Shown: positions 59,709 to 64,000 of the stretch, one piece after another | How the letters are laid out: each line of letters starts with the position of its first letter | Numbering within the stretch: position 1 is the stretch's first letter | Assembly (NCBI GenBank): GCA_965212055.1 | Contig: OZ243041.1 | Span: 640,001-704,000 of the forward strand | Source: Fidelibacterota bacterium | GTDB taxonomy: Bacteria > Fidelibacterota > Marinisomatia > Marinisomatales > Marinisomataceae | Direction: 5' to 3' | DNA length: 64,000 nucleotides | Position numbers and translations under genes: made by a program | Notes under the pieces: generated by a model | The model's input: only the letters and a program-made list of their open reading frames with translations | Database searches by the model: none | Told to the model about the DNA's origin: nothing

Positions 59709-60361
59709 TAAAAAATAAAAGGAATAATAAAAGCTGTTTTCTTTTTGTATTCTTTATGCTCTTCAAAGCGAGATAAAGATTTATCAATTCGAATCATCCC
59801 AGGAATCCATATAGAGAGTACAAATGCGCCTAAAATTAGTATTGGTACCCACCAAAGGCTGGATTCAATAGTTAAAAGGAGAAAACCAGTATAAATTAAT
59901 AATTCGCCAAAATAATTTGGATGCCTGCAATGCTTCCATAAACCTTCTGTCATCAATCCTGAATTATGTTTTAAAAAGATATGCTTCTGCATATCTGACA
60001 CAAAATGATAGAATACACCAAAAATAAAAATAATAATTGAAGCTACTATCATTTGCGGAGAAGCTACATGCCCTTGGGTTGTTATAATAAAAGCAGGAGA
60101 CCAATATGCCATCAAGCAAAAAAGCATAAAAATAGCATATGGTAGATTTGCCTTTTCTTCCCAGCTTTTGTCAGGGAAAATATTGCTCTTCATTACCCAC
60201 ATAATTCCATATGAGCCATGTAAACAGAAATAAATCCACGCTGTGATATTATCTTTATGGAAAATGCTTTCCTGTTCATTAAAACAACAAATCAGGCCAA
60301 GGACAACTATCCAAGTGACACTTTTAGAAAAATCAATAACGTATTTTTGTTTAATTCGCAT
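59708..60361 (-). CDS. DUF1295 / steroid 5-alpha-reductase-like membrane protein
   Basis: SDMQK; GLW..CRHPNYFGE; multiple TMs. Confidence 0.82.
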   Translation of the reverse strand: MRIKQKYVIDFSKSVTWIVVLGLICCFNEQESIFHKDNITAWIYFCLHGSYGIMWVMKSNIFPDKSWEEKANLPYAIFMLFCLMAYWSPAFIITTQGHVASPQMIVASIIIFIFGVFYHFVSDMQKHIFLKHNSGLMTEGLWKHCRHPNYFGELLIYTGFLLLTIESSLWWVPILILGAFVLSIWIPGMIRIDKSLSRFEEHKEYKKKTAFIIPFIF

Positions 60362-60447
60362 AAAAGAAAAATGGTATTAAAGAAATTAATAAAACAATAA
60401 TAATAGTTATAACTGATTTCTTATATTTGTTAATTAATTCTTCTTTT

Positions 60448-60825
60448 TTATTCATTGGCTAATGCATCCCACGCAAGCATACCACCGTCAACATTAACAG
60501 CAGTAAAATTATTGGTATTTAGAATGTCTTTCCCTCTGTTAGATCGGTTACCACTTCGACATACTACATAGATTGTTTTATCTTTCACAGAATCTAGCTC
60601 ATTTAATCTATCTGCAAGGTCATCAATAGGAATAAGCATTGCCCCTTCAATATGTCCCAAAGGACCATAAAATTCTTCTTCTGTTCTAACATCAAGAACG
60701 ACTGTATCATCGGCTAATACGCTGGATTTAAACTCTTCCATGGTAACAATATCATTAAATTCTGTTTTTGCACAACACATTAACAAAAAGATAGCTAAAA
60801 AAATTGAAAATAAATATTTAATCAT
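60448..60825 (-). CDS. Rhodanese-domain lipoprotein
   Basis: Signal peptide with Cys; LDVRTEEEF, GHIEGA, CRSGNRS, GGM.AW. Confidence 0.9.
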   Translation of the reverse strand: MIKYLFSIFLAIFLLMCCAKTEFNDIVTMEEFKSSVLADDTVVLDVRTEEEFYGPLGHIEGAMLIPIDDLADRLNELDSVKDKTIYVVCRSGNRSNRGKDILNTNNFTAVNVDGGMLAWDALANE

Positions 60826-60918
60826 TTTTTCTTCTCTGTATATAACGTTTGATAGTAAAAATATTAAACAATGTGGCTAAAATAACCAACACTGTCATTA
60901 AGATTATTGTTCCTTTCA

Positions 60919-61611
60919 TCAGTCAATTTCCGTTCCAAATACTTTATCCCATAGTGTAAATGTAGAAGCATAATTACCTCTATTTTTTGAGTGATGGAGA
61001 TCATGATGTTCAGTAGTACCATAGAAAGGAATTAAAGATGTGATCTTTGATGATTTGATTCCAGAATGGATGTCTAACTCATGTAGATTTCTTAACGCAG
61101 ACATCGCCCAAAATGCATAAATATTTATTTCAGCAAAAGATGCAATAACTACTAAACCAATAAAAGGACCGATAGCTCCGAAAAACCATTCTAAAGGATG
61201 GGTAAAAATATATTCCATTGGAATGGGCATTGTAGATCGATGATGGGTTTTATGAATATGTTTATATAAAAACTTCGTATGTAAAGCTGAATGATAAAAA
61301 TAGAAATATAAATCATCTATCAGAAAAATTAAAACCAACTGCCAGACAAACACCCAAACTGTCGGTAATTCAAAAGCAATAAAATCTTGAAGAAGAAAAA
61401 CACCAACGATTCCTACACCTAATAAGATAGAAATATTAAATAAAATTAGAGGGAATCTTTCATAAAAACGCTTAGCGAAATACTCCTTTGGTTGAATACG
61501 ATAATCATTAATAAGATTAGTATGTAAAATCAACGCTGTGTATATATATCCTATAAGATTGGTACAAAAAAGAATGGCTACAGTAATCAATATTGCTGTG
61601 GTTATCTCCAT
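60919..61611 (-). CDS. Sterol desaturase / fatty acid hydroxylase-superfamily di-iron enzyme
   Basis: His boxes HSALH, HKTHH, HELDIHSG, HHDLHH; GNYAS.F.LWD.VFGT. Confidence 0.9.
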   Translation of the reverse strand: MEITTAILITVAILFCTNLIGYIYTALILHTNLINDYRIQPKEYFAKRFYERFPLILFNISILLGVGIVGVFLLQDFIAFELPTVWVFVWQLVLIFLIDDLYFYFYHSALHTKFLYKHIHKTHHRSTMPIPMEYIFTHPLEWFFGAIGPFIGLVVIASFAEINIYAFWAMSALRNLHELDIHSGIKSSKITSLIPFYGTTEHHDLHHSKNRGNYASTFTLWDKVFGTEID

Positions 61612-61634
61612 AATGCCGTAATTTAGCTTACATG

Positions 61635-62705
61635 TTATTCAAAAAGGTCATTTAATCGATTTTTTATTATTGCTTGATTTGCCATAATACCTAATGATCT
61701 TACAGCAATATTTAACATGCTAAATCGCTTATCTTTGGTATAACCTTTATGGTATCTAAAATAAATTTGTTGTGCAATAATTGCTATTTTAAATAACCCA
61801 TATACATAATAAAAAGTAGGATTTTCAATCGTTTTTCCAGATTTCTTCTCATACATACTAAGTAATTCGTTTCGAGAAGGATTACCGTCCAAAGTAGTTG
61901 GACTTAATTGAAATATTTTAAGTTCTTCAGGATCATTTTTGTCCATCCAATATCCAAGTGTAGTTCCAAAATCCATTAGCGGATCTCCAAGCGTTGCCAT
62001 CTCCCAATCTAACACCGCAATCACTTTTGTTGAATCTTTGGGATCAAGTACCATATTATCGTATTTAAAATCATTATGAATAATAGAAGAAGAAGACTCT
62101 TTAGGTTGATTTTCATTTAACCATTTTGCAATAAAATCCATTTCCGGAATATCATCTGTCTTTGCATGATAATATCTTTTAGTCCATCCAGAAATTTGTC
62201 GTTTTACATAACCATCAATTTTTCCAAAATTCATTAACTCATTTTTATTTAAATCTACTTGATGCAATTCTACTAACGTATCGACTAATGAATCAGCAAT
62301 CCCTGACATAGTATCAGAATCAGGTGCATTCTTTTGAGAAATCCCTGGTCTCAATATATACCCTTTAACACAATCCATTACATAGAACGGAACGCCAAGA
62401 ATAGATTGATCATCAGAATAGAAATGGACATTAGGAATTTTTGAAAATTCTGTTTTTAGTTTTTTCAATATTTGGTACTCTCTAAACATATCATGTCCAC
62501 CTTTTAGGCTATCTGCCCCATAAGGAGGTCTTCTCAGTACAAGTTCATTGTCGTCTGTCTTCAGGTAATATGTTAGATTAGAAAAACCGCTTGGGAATTG
62601 TTTAATAGATAAATTATCTGCATTAAAACCTTTAGATCTTAAAAAATTACTAATTGATTCCAAAGGAAGAGTCTCACCCTCTCTGATATCTTTGGGTAAA
62701 TCCAT
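61635..62705 (-). CDS. APH-like phosphotransferase (ACAD10/11 N-terminal, LvaA-like)
   Basis: GFSNLTY, LVLRRPP, HDMFRE, HNDFKYDN, LDWEMATLGDP. Homology-like region starts at ATG 62705; the ORF is open to ATG 62810. Confidence 0.88.
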   Translation of the reverse strand: MDLPKDIREGETLPLESISNFLRSKGFNADNLSIKQFPSGFSNLTYYLKTDDNELVLRRPPYGADSLKGGHDMFREYQILKKLKTEFSKIPNVHFYSDDQSILGVPFYVMDCVKGYILRPGISQKNAPDSDTMSGIADSLVDTLVELHQVDLNKNELMNFGKIDGYVKRQISGWTKRYYHAKTDDIPEMDFIAKWLNENQPKESSSSIIHNDFKYDNMVLDPKDSTKVIAVLDWEMATLGDPLMDFGTTLGYWMDKNDPEELKIFQLSPTTLDGNPSRNELLSMYEKKSGKTIENPTFYYVYGLFKIAIIAQQIYFRYHKGYTKDKRFSMLNIAVRSLGIMANQAIIKNRLNDLFE

Positions 62706-62810
62706 TTCAAATGTAACATTATTATTATTTTTTAGAATCTTTGAAAATTTAAGATAGAATTTTAACCAAATTGAAATTGGTAAGTTAATTTTTGACTTCT
62801 TTCCAAACAT

Positions 62811-64000
62811 TTATTTAGAGTAAGATTTTAAAATCTCTCTAGCTACTCGTACTTTATGTACTTCATCTGCTCCATCATAAATTCTAGCAGCTCTCTCATG
62901 CCTATATAGAAGTGCAATAGGAGTATCATCCGTCATTCCAAGAGCTCCATGAACTTGAAGCACACGATCCAAAACATTTTGTAACACATTGGCTACATAA
63001 AATTTTATAGTAGAAATTTCTACTTTTGCAGAATCTGCACCATGTTCATCAATTTTTTTAGCTGTATCAAGAACCATTAGTCTTGAAGCATTAATTTCAG
63101 CACGAGATTCAGCAATCCAATTCTGAATAGTTTGTTTTGTTGCTAAAGGCTTATTTGGCGCAAGTTCGCGAGTTAATGCCCTGTTGCACATCATATCAAA
63201 CATACGTTCACATTCACCAACCCAACGCATGCAATGATGAATTCTTCCTGGACCTAATCTATCTTGGGCAATTTTAAATCCTTCACCTGCTTTTCCAAGT
63301 AAATTTTCTTCTGGAACAGTACAATTTTCATAGCGAATCTCAGCATGCGCATTCCAACCATCTCCTTCATCCCCCATAACAGGAATGTTTCTAATAAATT
63401 TAAATCCTTCGGTATCGGTTGGAACAATAATTTGGCTAGCACGCAGATAAGGATTAGGATTATCAGGGTCTGTAACTACCATAGCAATGGCAAAACTTGC
63501 ACCATCAGCTGAAGAAGTAAACCATTTATGTCCATTAATAACATAATTTTTCCCATCTTTTTTTGCAATTGTTCCCATCATAGTAGGATTAGAACCTGCA
63601 AACTCAGGCTCTGTCATTGAAAAACAACTCCTAGCATCTCCATTAAGAAGAGGTTGTAAAAATGTTTCTTTTTGATAATCAGATCCATGATCCATTAATA
63701 TTTCCATATTTCCAGCATCTGGTGCTTGACAATTAAAAACATACAAACCATAAAAAGAGTGACCTAATATCTCATAAATCTGACCTAATTGATATAAGCT
63801 TAACCCTAGACCACCATATTCCTTTGGAATTTGAGGAGTAAATAAACCTAAAGATCGAACTTTATCTCTTTTCTCTTCTAGATAAGGTAAATGTTCTTTG
63901 AAAGTATGTTGAACATCAAATTTTTCTTCACTAACCATCTCTTCTTTAATGAAATCTTTGATGGTTGATTTAATTTTTTGGAACTCTTTGTCTGCTATGG
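62811..64000 (-). CDS. Acyl-CoA dehydrogenase (ACAD10/11, LvaC-like); 5' end outside the window
   Basis: NCQAPDAGNME, FSMTEP, AQDRLGPGRIHHCMR, RIYDGADEVH. Frame is open from 63938 to the window edge. Confidence 0.92.
   Translation of the reverse strand, partial: IADKEFQKIKSTIKDFIKEEMVSEEKFDVQHTFKEHLPYLEEKRDKVRSLGLFTPQIPKEYGGLGLSLYQLGQIYEILGHSFYGLYVFNCQAPDAGNMEILMDHGSDYQKETFLQPLLNGDARSCFSMTEPEFAGSNPTMMGTIAKKDGKNYVINGHKWFTSSADGASFAIAMVVTDPDNPNPYLRASQIIVPTDTEGFKFIRNIPVMGDEGDGWNAHAEIRYENCTVPEENLLGKAGEGFKIAQDRLGPGRIHHCMRWVGECERMFDMMCNRALTRELAPNKPLATKQTIQNWIAESRAEINASRLMVLDTAKKIDEHGADSAKVEISTIKFYVANVLQNVLDRVLQVHGALGMTDDTPIALLYRHERAARIYDGADEVHKVRVAREILKSYSK

Noticed and set aside
2033..63442. Many short ORFs antisense to or nested in real genes (e.g. 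12885-13256, 29774-30205, 31618-31965, 38402-38755, 41275-41694, 56662-57003, 57294-57512)
   Set aside because: They overlap well-supported genes, have no recognisable motifs and show typical antisense composition.
1..64000. tRNA, rRNA, riboswitch, IS elements, selenocysteine readthrough or frameshifted pseudogenes
   Set aside because: Intergenic gaps are short (under about 180 nt) and AT-rich, redox motifs use ordinary Cys codons, and I saw no split genes. No covariance-model search was run, so small RNAs cannot be fully excluded.

Overview
Gene-dense, AT-rich bacterial chromosome segment (roughly 30-35% GC by eye, not computed) with about 62 protein-coding genes, mostly on the minus strand, and very short intergenic spaces. 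I saw no rRNA, tRNA, CRISPR array, integrase or transposase. Gene content (short FCB-type RpoD, DUF4837, DUF5683, a sigma54-activator/LptE pair, many peptidases) suggests a streamlined marine FCB-group organism such as Ca. Marinimicrobia (SAR406); this is inference. Most genes are housekeeping (accA, lepA, nadE, asnS, uvrB, waaA, tatC, rpsT, guaB, alaS, pntAB, pepA, der, rpoD). Highlights: (1) a Phe/Tyr ribosome-dependent attenuator missed by the ORF track, consisting of a 19-aa FYYYF leader peptide, an antiterminator and a terminator upstream of chorismate mutase and class II DAHP synthase; (2) a divergent 537-aa indoleamine 2,3-dioxygenase-superfamily heme protein; (3) recurring TAAATT/TATAAT -10 boxes 5-9 nt before SD-less start codons, suggesting leaderless mRNAs; (4) an orphan phage Gp157-like gene and a PD-(D/E)XK nuclease-RmuC pair without a prophage; (5) an EF-G paralog with degenerate GTPase motifs; (6) unusual in-frame insertions in DPP-IV, LptE and an MFS transporter; (7) an LvaA/LvaC (ACAD10/11)-like kinase and dehydrogenase pair beside lipid-modifying membrane enzymes. 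All family calls come from motif recognition; no database search was run.
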